NCBI GenBank assembly: GCA_036785375.1
Contig: JAWMAR010000460.1
Span: 1,488,001-1,552,000, forward strand
DNA from: Leucoraja ocellata
Lineage: Eukaryota
Length of the DNA: 64,000 nt
Reading direction: 5' to 3'
Of the stretch, positions 52,566 to 64,000 are shown one piece after another (the stretch's first letter is position 1; the number at the start of each line of letters is the position of its first letter). The translations under genes were made by a program, and so were the position numbers. Below the pieces are notes generated by a model, which had not been told where the DNA came from, did no database searches, and worked only from the letters and a program-made list of their open reading frames with translations.

Positions 52566-53399
52566 AACAGTTTTTACCCTGTGACTTACTCATCTTTCCC
52601 ACGGGTAACGCACCACTCTCACCACATGATTTGTTTTTCCAATGCCACTGTGCATTACAAATAGTGAATTTGTAAATTTGCTAGTGCAAAATTTGCTAAT
52701 AGGGAATAAAACATAAAAACTATAAAATAAATAATACAATTAATCAATTTCCGGAACCAAACTGAACGTGAGCAAATAATTCAATGGCTTTGTGTTAACA
52801 CCTTTAACTTATTTTCCTTCATCCATCTATCCAATGTAATCCTGAGAACTAGCTTAGCTTTGGAAGGGAAGTGTGGAACTTCATAGCACTCTGATGTAGT
52901 TTCCTCTGCCCTGAATTCTAGATGTCCCATATTTGATAATGTCATCATGGCCTTTATTGTTCATGTAGCAACATTTTCCTAATTCACTTCTAGGAATTGA
53001 TAATGGTTGGGAAGACCAGCATTTATCCGGTAAGTGCCTTCAACTGAAATGTCAGCCATATTGCTTTGTATGGAGCTACATTTTCATTACAAGGTAAGGA
53101 ATGGCAAATTTTCATTCCACAGGATATCTGTGCACTAAAGTAGGCTTTTACAAAATCTAGCAGCTTTATAGTCACCAATGCCAATGTTTGTTTATAATCC
53201 AAATTTAGTTAATTACAAGACTAAGTGGGACCCGTTGGGTCCCATGTTCACACGGGAGGGCTGGTCCTCCAATGCAATATTCCAGCTATCCACCAATTCC
53301 AATATTTGTGGCCAGTGGGGGGGGGGGGGCTTTCTAGAGCACTAGTATGGGTGTTGTGGGCCAAAGGGACTGGTTTCCAGAGGGCTAGTATGGACATTG

Positions 53400-53592
53400 N
53401 NNNNNNNNNNNNNNNNNNNNNNNNNNNNNNNNNNNNNNNNNNNNNNNNNNNNNNNNNNNNNNNNNNNNNNNNNNNNNNNNNNNNNNNNNNNNNNNNNNNN
53501 NNNNNNNNNNNNNNNNNNNNNNNNNNNNNNNNNNNNNNNNNNNNNNNNNNNNNNNNNNNNNNNNNNNNNNNNNNNNNNNNNNNNNNNNNNNN
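53400..53592. other. Assembly gap
   Basis: Run of N. Confidence 1.
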
Positions 53593-53799
53593 GAAACTTT
53601 CTTGAATCTACTCACATGGCTGAGCTCGGCCTCACCACTGTGGAGCTTCCGCAGTCAGCGGTACTTCCGCAATCAGTGTGACCTCTGCACCTACCAGAAA
53701 TTACGCAATCAGCATGACCTCTGCACTCTTTGAAATTATGCAATCAGCGCGACTTGTCCACTAAGCGGAAGTCACTGACTGAGCGGGACCTTAGTACTA

Positions 53800-54064
53800 A
53801 ACACAGTCGGAGCTAACAAAGCATTTATTCCTTCCAAACACAATCAGCGCTAACAAAACATTTATTCCTTCCAAACACAGTCGGAGCTTACAAAGCATTT
53901 ATTCCTTCAAAATAAAGTCGGAGCTAACAATGCATTTATTCCTTCAAAATACAGTCGGAGCTAACAAAGCATTTATTTTTTCCAAACACAATCGGAGCTA
54001 ACAAAGCATTTATTCCTTCCAAACTCAGTCGGAGCTACAAAGCATTTCTTCCTTCCAAACACAG
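53800..54064. repeat. 37-bp minisatellite (~7 copies), followed by ~65-bp repeats to ~54625
   Basis: cagtcggagctaacaaagcatttattccttccaaaca. Confidence 0.9.
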
Positions 54065-54296
54065 GCGTACCTCATTGCGTTGCCGTTTCAAGCACAAGGT
54101 AAGCCAAACAACTCATTGCATTGTCATTTCATTTCAATTTTGCATTGCAGTTTCAAGCACAAGGCAGGCCAAACAAGTAATTGCATTGTCATTTTATTTC
54201 CAATTTGCATTGCAGTTTCAAGCACAGGGCAGGCCAAACAACTCAATGCATTGTTATTTAATTTCCATTTTGCATTGCAGTTTCGACAGATTGTAA

Positions 54297-54563
54297 GGCG
54301 ACAGATAGCACAATGGGCTAAGAGTTCGGCTGGCAACCGGAAGGTAGCCGGTTCAAATCCCGCTTGGAGTGCATACTGTCGTTGTGTCCTTGGGCAAGAC
54401 ACTTCACCCACCTTTGCCTGTAATGGAATGGCGGCAGGCGCGGGCACACCGCGACGCCCTGTGTCTCCCTTTCAAGGGAGATGCTAAAAATGCATTTCGT
54501 TGTCTCTGTACTGTACACTGACAATGACAATAAATTGAATCATTTCATTTCATTTCATTTCAT
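54297..54563 (+). mobile_element. tRNA-derived CORE-type SINE
   Basis: A-box TAGCACAATGG at 54306-54316; B-box GGTTCAAATCC at 54350-54360; CORE-like TGTGTCCTTGGGCAAGACACTTCACC at 54383-54408; (cattt)n tail. Confidence 0.85.
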
Positions 54564-55779
54564 AATTTCCATTTTGCATTGCAGTTTCAAGCACAGGGCA
54601 GGCCAAACAACTCATTGCATTGTCATTAAGGGATAACAAGTCATTTATTGCAAGTACATTGCAGACTCACAGTTCAGTTGATTCACAGCTTAGAATCACA
54701 GTTGTGGCCTCTCCCTCGCGATCTTCCAGAGTGACTGGCTCACATCCAGACATCTGGGTTGTATAGTCCTGCTCCCCCCAGAGGGGGCATTGCCTTCATT
54801 GTGGTGAATGACAGGCCAGAGGACCAATCAGCTGATCTCAAGATTTTTTAAACACTCATAACTTTTTTATTTTTTATCGATCGGAAAAATCCTCTGGGCT
54901 GCCTCGGCAGAGGAGGACTGTGAGTAAGATGGCCAAAAATCATAGCGAAATAGGGTAGCGTTTTTTCTAAAATCAATATACAGCGCAGACAGGAAGTGGT
55001 CAAGATGAGTCTTTTAGTTATATAGATGTTAATTAACTGAATTTAATTTTATTTTTAATTTGCTAACTGATCACAGTTGGAATTAACCAAGTCTTGAAAT
55101 TAATAACATAAATAACATAATTTTGTTCAGACCGAAAGGTCTGAATGACAATAAAGGATCTATCTATCTAATGTCAACCACCAGAATATTAGTTAAATCA
55201 CACTCTGCAGAAAGCAGATTTCCTTTATTTACCATTCAATATGTTAAAATGTTAAACAGTCACCATATTCTGATCTCTCGTAAAATAAAACCCAGGTTTT
55301 CAAATCTTTATTTGTAATGCTCCACAGCAAGTAAAATGGTCAGGACTGTGTTTTAATTTTTCTTTATATTCTGTAGAGAATGAAGCACAATATTTCTCCA
55401 TGTTTTTGACCATTTGTCTTAATGTTTTATATCAGAGCATCAATATCCAGGCTTTTATATTCTATGCCTCTCGTTTACACTTTTATTAGCTTTTGCTGCG
55501 GCTTCTATAATCTGTAGAATTGGTATTAATGATTCCTGGACATGTACCTTTAAAACCATTTGCTCTTTTAGAGATTTAAAGCTATTTTCATTCCAATTGT
55601 AAAGCTAACAACACATATTAACAAGCTTGCAGATCCTTCAGACACATTTTAGTCCAATGGCATGTTATGTGATTCTCATTCTCAAAAGGTAAACTATAAT
55701 TCTCAGATATTCTGAGAAAACTGAGTGGTAATATCATAGAATTAGAACACTCTTCCTACAATCATGAGCCCATAGTGAA

Positions 55780-55990
55780 AAAAAAGGAACTGCAGATACT
55801 GGTTTACAAAAGAAGACACAAAGTGCTGGAGTAAGTCAGCAGGTCAGGCAGCATCTCTGAAGAACGTGGGTAGGTGACATTTTGGGTTGCGACTGAAGAG
55901 GGGTCATGACCCGAAACATCGTCTATCCATGTTCTCCTGAGATACTCCCTTATCTGCTGAGTTATCCCAGGACGTTGTGTCTTCTTTTGA
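55780..55990. mobile_element. Inverted pair of PLE terminal modules; hammerhead-like core on + strand
   Basis: CTGAAGA (55893-55899) G GGGTC-AT-GACCC GAAAC; arms aaaagaagacac / gtgtcttctttt. Confidence 0.75.
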
Positions 55991-56489
55991 GCCAATAGTA
56001 GCTGTTCCCAAGCAGAAATCATGCAGATACTCACCTTTCAACGTGTTTGCTTTCTTACATAATTCAAATCCTTTTGCTGAGAAATTGAACTGGACATTTC
56101 TAAGCAAGATTCATCCTAGCACGATTGACATTAATTCAGTATCATTTGTGAACATTATATTGTCGGCATGCACAAGAGGTTGGACTAATAATATGCAGCC
56201 CACAATTTAGTACTATTCTTTTACTTTCATGGGTAATTTGATTGGGTATTAGAGCTAAGTACAACACTCAAAGCAAGATAAATCCAATTTGTATGCATCA
56301 GCCTCTCCCACTATTCGAATGATGATTTATTTTTAGCTTGATTTCATCTATCTGGCAGCTTGTAGTAACCGTGCATGACAAAAATCTATACATTTTAATT
56401 GCTTTCTTCTTAGTCATTGAGGGAAAGGAATGCAGGTGATCCATGCAGCTTTTAACTATTTTAATAAAAAGTACCCATATTGTATTGAT

Positions 56490-56643
56490 TGGTACACAAA
56501 AAAGCTGGAGAAACTCAGCGGGTGCAGCAGCATCTATGGAGCGAAGGAAATAGGCAACGTTTCGGGCCGAAACCCTTCTTCTGACTGATCGGGGGCGGGG
56601 GTGGGCGGGGACAAGAAAGGAAAAAGGAGAAGGAGCCCGAAGG
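56490..56643 (-). mobile_element. Young PLE 3' terminal fragment
   Basis: Reverse complement of ~24925-25072; core reads CAGAAGA (mutated). Confidence 0.85.
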
Positions 56644-57139
56644 TATCCTGGTATTGTGGCTGATCCTTCACAGCTTGGCAGGAGACAATCAAGTGTCTTC
56701 AACAAGTATTTGAGTTGCCACCTCCAGTGCAATGTTTCCTGCAGATAAAGCTCAGTCTAATTGGAGATGAGTGCTATCATAGTGTCTGTTGCACAAGTTT
56801 CACCAACTGCTGAGTAGTCATGTCAAGTATAGGGGATGACTGGGCTGGCATGAGCAGTTCAATCTTCACTTCTCCATCTTGACTCAATAAATCTCATTTG
56901 TTTACAAACATGTTTTTATCAGCTTTATATCCAAACAAAGATGATTTGTTCATAAGCATCAAGCGATTTATAGAATGTAGAACAGCAAAAGAACAGGCTC
57001 TTCGGCTCACATTGTCTGTTCCAAACATGTTGCCAAGACCATCTCTTATCTACCTACGCATAATCCATATCTTTCCATTCCCTGCATATCCATATGCCCA
57101 TCCAAATGCCTTTTAAATGCCACTATTGTGTCTACCTCT

Positions 57140-58240
57140 GGCACAATGGATTCAACACCATTGTTCCAGAGCTACTACAGTACAAACTCTCCAAGTTGAC
57201 TGTGCCTGAACTCGTCTGTCAGTGGATCACCAACTTCCTGACAGACAAAAAGCACCATGTGAAGCTGGGAAAACACATCTCAGACCCGCAGACCCTCAAC
57301 ATAGGAGCACCACAAGGCAATGTACTCTCCTCTCCTTTACTCTCTCTACACCAACGACTGCTCCTCCACAGACTTCTCTATCAAGCTTCTCAAGTTTGGG
57401 GACGACAAAACCCTGATGGACTGATCCAGGATGGGGAGGAATCTGCCTACAGACAGGAAGTGGCACAGCTGGCATCCTGATGCCTTTGTGACAACCTGGA
57501 GCTCAATGCTCTTAAGACATTGGAATTGATAGTAGACTTTAGGAGAAGTCCCTCTCCCCTCCCCCCACTCACCATCAACAACACCACAGTCACATCTGTG
57601 GAGTCTTTTAAGTTCCTCGGAACCAACATCTCCAAGGACCTTAAATGGGAGGCCACCATCGACTCCACATCCAAAAAGGCCCAACAGTGGATGTACTTCC
57701 TGCGGCAGCCGAGGAAACACAATCTGCCACAAGCAATGATGGTCCAATGCTATACTGCCATCGTACAGTCTGTCCTCACCTTCTCCATCATGGTCTGGTT
57801 TGGCTCAGCCACCAAGCATGACATAGTTCGATCAGCTGAGAAGGTTGTTGACTGCAACCTTCACTCCATTGACGAACTGTACACTGCAAGTGCCAGGAAG
57901 CGAGCGGGTAAGATCATCTCTGACCCCTCTCACCCTGGCCACAAACTCTTTGAAGCACTTCCCTCTGGAAGGCGACTCTGGACTGTCAAAGCCGCCACAG
58001 CCATGACATAAAAACAGTTTTTTTCTGCGAGCACTAGTACTATTCAGTAGCCTCCTTTTGCTCTGGTATTTTATTTCATTCACATGTTTAAACTATAATG
58101 TTTTATTCTTAATTTTTTAATGTTTTATGTTTTATTCTTAATTGTTTACCTGTGTCTTGTTACTTGTAAGTGGAGCACCACGGCAAATTCCTTGTATGTG
58201 TACATACTTGGCCAATAAACTTATTCATCCATTCATTCAT
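57140..58240 (+). mobile_element. Rex1/Babar-type LINE 3' part, preceded by an antisense CR1-type tail (~56970-57135)
   Basis: GAPQG, ELIVDFRR, FKFLGTNIS, SDPSHPGH.LF..LPSGRR; (attc)n tail. Confidence 0.9.
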
Positions 58241-59831
58241 TAATTACTGCCCTACCTTAGGGCCAAAATTCCCCTCAACAAATATTACAAGAAAAAAAGA
58301 ATATGGGTCTCTTTACGATTGTGGGGATTTTACTGTATTCATTTTGACTTTCCAGCATGACAGTCACCACACTTCAAAGCTACAAAGCTATTCATTTAAA
58401 AATTCTAAAAAATGACACCCCACACACAGCATTCCATTATAATCAGAGATTCTCCACACCTTCTCAAGGAGATGATCAATTGATAGAAGTTTCCACTTCA
58501 ATAGAAAATTGCAAGCCGTTTAATATGAATATATCTTATTGTTGGGTTAATAGCAGAGGCTAACTCAAAAAGTAAGCTGAAAAACCTATCATCATGCAGC
58601 CAAGATCTTACAATTGTGTTTAATTATTACGTTATGAAGTTTGGAAGCTCAATTCATTAGCTAGAAAATGTCACCAATTGTACCAGCAATATGAACATGA
58701 GTTGGCCATCATCTCCACATAACTTCTACAATCAATCGGATTGTCCATGGTGCTATATCAATTTCAATGATGTGCTTCTGTTCTATATTTCTTATACTCC
58801 TTCTCAGTAACCAATTTGCTTTCGCTTAAATATTTTAATTGGGCACACATAGCCTGTTTGGGAGAGAAAACCAAAAACTGCAGATGTTTGAAATATAAAA
58901 TAAAAATGAAAATTGCTGGAACTACTCAGCAGGTCAGGCCACATCAGGTGTAAGACCATTCATATGTATTTATATCTTGCAGATTAAATATCAACATCAG
59001 GTTAGAAAGGTCTGTATAGGGAGTACTGTGAACAATCCTTGTGTAGATAATTCAGACTCCCTCATTAGACTGGAGCACACTGATGCTGAGTTGCAGGTCC
59101 ATTACGATCTGCTGGCTTGTTAGCCAAGGGCACAACCCTGACTTCCAGGTCTGTATTTTGTGATGCAAAAATTGTAAACATACTGGAGACCAGATAGGTA
59201 TACACATAACCTTTAATTCTGTCTCTGGACTCACCAGTGGGTGATATTTCCTAATTTATTGATCTGAGAAGCCAGAAGCACTTCATACCAGTTGTGACTA
59301 GCCCATCCATGTGCCTTTAATCATTTGAATAGGGCTGCAACCATTCTAAAGGTAAGTTTATTTTTTCAACTTTTATTTTTGTGAATTAGAAGTTTCATGA
59401 CTTTTTAAATGAGACATTTAAAAGCAGTGACAACCCATTGGACAGAACGAGCTGTACGAGGTCACAAGGCAGTCTGTGGGCCATGTCTGTGCCTGTTGTC
59501 TGTGGATGAGCCACCACTCACAACTTCATAAGCCTCAGTGAAGCTCGTGGCTGCAATGGGAGTAGTGCAATAAGAGCTGAGCAACCACAAAAATGCATCA
59601 CAGTTTGAGTAAGTGCAGATAGTGACAGGACAATGTGAGCTGGTTTCAGGGTCATAGTTCAATTACTCAAAGATCAATTTCCAGAAGTTCTGAGTGGACG
59701 TCTCCCTCTATGCCAGAGGTTTTTCTAACTAGAAGTTTGCAAAATACCTTTCCCCCACCCCACCCACATCAATGTCCGGCACTCCCATTATCCTCATCAT
59801 GAACTGCTAGTTTTCCAAACCTCACAACCAC

Positions 59832-60031
59832 NNNNNNNNNNNNNNNNNNNNNNNNNNNNNNNNNNNNNNNNNNNNNNNNNNNNNNNNNNNNNNNNNNNNN
59901 NNNNNNNNNNNNNNNNNNNNNNNNNNNNNNNNNNNNNNNNNNNNNNNNNNNNNNNNNNNNNNNNNNNNNNNNNNNNNNNNNNNNNNNNNNNNNNNNNNNN
60001 NNNNNNNNNNNNNNNNNNNNNNNNNNNNNNN
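59832..60031. other. Assembly gap
   Basis: Run of N. Confidence 1.
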
Positions 60032-60293
60032 CCGGGAACTGCACGGAAACCTTGGGTGGGGCGCAAAGTCTCCAGAGGTTTCCGTTCAGGTTTCCTAAGT
60101 GGGACAGGGGCATTACATACCTTGGGTATGCAAGCAAAGAATTCCACTGTGACTTGTCACATGTGACAATAGAGTATGCATTCATTCAACTGTAAATTGT
60201 TTCCCATGTGTAGGATAGTCCTAGTGTAAGGTGATCGCAGACTCAGTGGGCCAAAGGGCCTATTTCCGCGCTGTATCTCGAAATCAAACTAAA
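60032..60293 (+). mobile_element. MITE right end (to 60112), Rex-type tail and HE1-like SINE 3' end
   Basis: gggacaggggca followed by TTA; ttgtcacatgtgacaatag; gtgggccaaagggcct...aaactaaa. Confidence 0.7.
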
Positions 60294-61755
60294 TGTAATA
60301 TATAAATAAATTTACTAAAAGAGGAGTTAAGTGTCCAAACTTTTCTTCAGAAATAATTCAAGCTTGTGGGGTTACATAGCAAGGCAGACGAAAATTAATC
60401 AAACACAAACCCAGCACTCACTCAGATCTGATCGAATGCCTAATAAGGAATGTCGTTAGCTATTTGATTGCTCAGTTTTCAAAACCAGTGTGAGATCCAA
60501 CATTATGAGATCCAAGAGTCTGCTGGGCTGAACAGAGCTCAGGTGATAAAAGATATAATTAACATATCCGTGGCAGATAAAATAAGTGAAGAAGAAGAAA
60601 GAGATAACACACTGAATCCTGGCTGATCACATGGTGGAACTGCTAAACAATCCTTCAGCAGTCCAGAAGAAGCTGTTAAGTTTTTCAAGAAATTCTGAGT
60701 AACATCATATCATCTGATAGGAACGAATTGCTGAAATGGAAATGGCACAGTACCAGAATACATTGCAGCAAGGACACATGCTTGCAGAAAGCAAATCAGC
60801 ACCAAGTCCTTCTCAACACAACAGATTAGTACATTAATAAAACTCAGTACAGACATAAAAGAGAAAAATAGGTTCTAACCTTGTGGCACAACAGTTTGTT
60901 TGCACAATCAAAATAAATAGTTTCTGTTTGGAACACTTTCCAAAAAGGTCGACCTTCACCTCAGATGCAAGTAATTATCAATTTTCCATTTCTGTTATGT
61001 CTTCAGAAAGTAGAAATAACAAACTAAATATTCAGGCACTAAAGCCAAGCACATTACACAATGACAATTGCAATTTTCTGTTGTAAATGTTGAGTAAAAT
61101 CAATCCACATTTAGTGTCATAGTCTGTCACTCATTCTTGAGTGAGACCATGACACCTAGTTTGTTGTGGTGTAATATACCAAAATTGCTAGCAACCTGCC
61201 CAGCAAATGCAAATGGCCTGACTTAGTAACTTCACGTGGAGTTCCGTAGTGACCTTGCTGAGATTGCCCAGCATTTAAACTGTTTCCTTTCCAATCTCGC
61301 ACCAGACCAGACAAGTTTCTTCCAAGTCTATTCCTTTGAATACAGTTCAGCAGATTGTGGGTACAATGGAAAAAATATGGTAAGCTTCATGGTTTGTTCT
61401 TTGTGCTTAGTTTAATAATTTAAACCATCCAAAAGCATTCGAATGTTTCTTTTCATTCATCTTACTTTTGTATTTAAAGAACATTTTTCTTTTGTTTCAG
61501 TTTATTAATGTTTCTTTTATTAGTATTCATTTTTCAAGTTACTGAATGGGCTTGTACTTGTGCTGCTCCCATTTTTGATTGTGTCAATAAAGTTCCTGTT
61601 ACTGCTCTGTTGTACGACCTTCTGAACCTGTAAGTCTGGCTTTATCAGTCTGGAGATGTAGGTTCAGGCAAATAAGGGATGTGGGTAACAAGCCCAAATG
61701 TTGAGCCTTTATTTGCTCAAATCAGAATAGGAGAATAATTGTTTGCACTATTGCC

Positions 61756-61950
61756 ATCTCAAGTTCAAGTTCAAGTTGATATTTATTGTCCCATGCACCA
61801 ATTGGTACAGTGACATTTGAGTTACCATACAACCATACAAATAAAAATAACACAATACACGATAGAGTTTAACATAAACATCCACCACAGTGGAATCAAC
61901 GTTTCCCACTGTGATGGAAGGCAATAAAGTTCAGTCATCTTCCTCTCTTT
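61756..61950 (-). mobile_element. 3' fragment of the same family as 26789-27645
   Basis: (caagtt)n tail; catacaaccatacaa...tttcccactgtg. Confidence 0.7.
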
Positions 61951-62031
61951 CCTTTTCTTAAGAATGATAGAAGTGGGTATGAAGACCAATTCTTTTAAAA
62001 TGAGGATATAAAAACAGAAATGTTTCAGCAA

Positions 62032-62126
62032 AGACAGACACAAAAGGCTGGTGTGACTCAGCTGGTCTGGCAGCATCTCTCGAGAGGAATAGGTGATGTT
62101 TTGGGTCGAGACACTTCTTCAAACTG
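62032..62126 (-). mobile_element. PLE-derived short element with 13-bp TSD
   Basis: aatgtttcagcaa at 62019-62031 and aatatttcagcaa at 62127-62139. Confidence 0.75.
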
Positions 62127-62577
62127 AATATTTCAGCAAGTCAGACACTGTCTGCAGATAGAAACAATTAACATCTTAGATCAATGACTGATCATTAGTA
62201 CTCTGATGAACTGTTATTTTCCTGGAACGTTGCATGTCCTAAGTTCGCTAGCCTTCGTGTCTTTCTTCACGATACATTATTCTAATTTTTAATTTTTATT
62301 TGACTTCCATCATTCACAGAATTTTCCTTTTGTTCTTTTGACACAGCGGCTGCCTTGACCAACTGCCAAATAAAAGCTTTATTTCAGATCATGTATGCTG
62401 CTTTTTCCGTACAAGAGGTCAGGGGAAGATATGTTAGTTATTAAAGAAAGTGCTGTTGAAACCGATGTACAAGGAAAAATATTTTAGCACTGAAATCCAT
62501 TTAACAGTGGGGATTGTTCAAGCCAGTGCAAACAATACCTGGAAGATGTACACAGCTGTGAGTGAATTCATTTCAGC

Positions 62578-62737
62578 AATTGAGGGCAAAATTAGGGCAC
62601 ATGGTATTGGGGGTAGAGTGCTGACATGGATAGAGAAGTGGTTGGCAGACAGGAAACAAAGAGTAGGGATTAATAGGTCCCTTTCAGAAAGGCAGGCAGT
62701 GACTAGTGGGGTACCGCAAGGATCGGTGCTGGGACCG
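62578..62737 (+). mobile_element. CR1 RT fragment
   Basis: WIEKWLADRKQRVGIN...TSGVPQGSVLGP. Confidence 0.9.
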
Positions 62738-63098
62738 TGGTACCCGGACGCGGCGCTGACAGACAAGAGGCCGAAGCAAAGAAGCGGAAGCCAAAGAACC
62801 GAATAGAAACGAGGCTGAAACGCCAATGAACCGAAAGAGTCCGAAGACGAAACGCCTACTAACCGAAAGGATGGGACGCTTAAATGCAAACTAACAGAAA
62901 GGGCGGGACGCCTAAAAGCCAACTACAAGTTCACTACAAATATTTCGGAGCCCCGCGCGATGTCGCGCACAACTACGTACCCCTCCACGCTTCTAAGTGG
63001 GACCGGCCTTGTGCGGCCATACGATGCCCGTACGCATCAACGCGACAACGAGGTCGCGTAATTTGCGTGCCAAGGACACGTAAGTGTAACAGGCCCTT
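62738..63098. mobile_element. Unclassified CpG-rich segment ending in a Harbinger-like TIR
   Basis: Recurrent ccgaa motifs at 62770-62870; taagtgtaacaggccct followed by TAA. Confidence 0.45.
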
Positions 63099-64000
63099 AA
63101 GTGATTTCAATTGCCTTCCCAATAACCTGGACTTTACCATGACCATCCCAGTACAATTAGTTAATGAAACTGCACTTTGGAAATTTGTGCGAGCAATTAG
63201 TAGAGTTGGCTCATGTCCTATTTGTATACCCAGCTCTGATGTCCTATGAGTAATCCAGCTCTGATACTTGTTCCCCATTTAAGTGCAAATAAACCTTCAA
63301 CACATCGGTAACATTCTCTATACTTGCCGTCCCAGACTGTTTCCATCTCTATATTTGCTCCTCCTTCAATCTACAGTCGGTTCTGTCAGTAAGCACAAAC
63401 ATAACTGACAATTTCAGAGTTTTTGAGTTCAATGCCATTCAGTTTGCACCATACGTGTGACATCTGATGAAATGGGAGGAGGAGAGGATGTTTTTTTTTG
63501 TCATTTCTCATTTCACTTAGCAAGGAACTGAAAAATGTCATCAGACATGGATGGATTTGAATGTTAGCCATCATCAGTAACCATGGTAACTCAATTACAT
63601 TAACATTCACAAGGCTCTCCCTGTCAATTGTGAAGTATTTAGACTCCCCAGTCTAAAGAAATTAAGAGTTCATTTGTCCTTAACTACATCAGCCATCAAT
63701 GACAAAAAAACATTCCATCATGATCGTGAAGAGTGAAAGCTCATACAACTCATCTTACTGACAGGTAGGTTTAGAGGGCTCTGAAAACATCACGCACACT
63801 ATGTTCAAACCGCGTGCATTGACAATGTGTATTTACGTAGTCTCTTTAACAGTGTGTAACTGCTTGAACTGCAGGTAGCTCACAATTGGAGTATATCAAA
63901 TGTGATGAGAGATGCTATGAAAAACTTATCAATGCCTCAAATGTTTTACAAATCAGAAACAGTGATCAAAGCTGGCTCTTGCATTATTCTCCAGCTCTGT

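Larger units (their letters stand above)
53216..55026 (-). mobile_element. Non-autonomous Helitron-like element with both termini (contains an assembly gap and a SINE)
   Basis: Minus strand A|TCTATATAACTAAAAG start at 55026; perfect hairpin GGGACCC-AAC-GGGTCCC at 53227-53243; CTTG|T end at 53216. Confidence 0.8.

Noticed and set aside
53225-53681. ORFs spanning N runs (also 59769-60185)
   Set aside because: Artefacts of assembly gaps
54297-54370. tRNA gene
   Set aside because: No proper acceptor stem or oligo-T terminator; continues into a SINE body and tail

Overview
Vertebrate nuclear DNA, most likely from a cartilaginous fish (skate/ray/shark). This assignment rests on the CR1/HER1-type LINEs, HE1/V-SINE-type SINEs and Penelope-derived repeats and is an inference. 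The window is intronic or intergenic and dominated by transposable elements, with two assembly gaps. No intact host protein-coding gene is supportable; every ORF with a recognisable product is a decayed retrotransposon fragment (CR1, Rex1/Babar, L1, Vingi/Ingi, Penelope GIY-YIG). Most notable: (1) a ~147-bp non-autonomous retroposon at 35883-36029 whose first 54 nt fold into a minimal HDV-like self-cleaving ribozyme, followed by a structured 3' end and a (AAG)n tail; (2) many ~90-130-bp Penelope-derived inserts starting at a minimal hammerhead-like core (CUGAAGA...GAAAC), several with target-site duplications (TSDs) or in inverted pairs; (3) non-autonomous Helitron-like elements whose divergent copies keep a TATA box exactly 29 nt before an initiator-like motif pointing into different minisatellite arrays; (4) a perfect 44-bp inverted copy of nearby sequence inserted in a CR1 with an 18-bp duplication. 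Family names come from motif recognition, not database searches.
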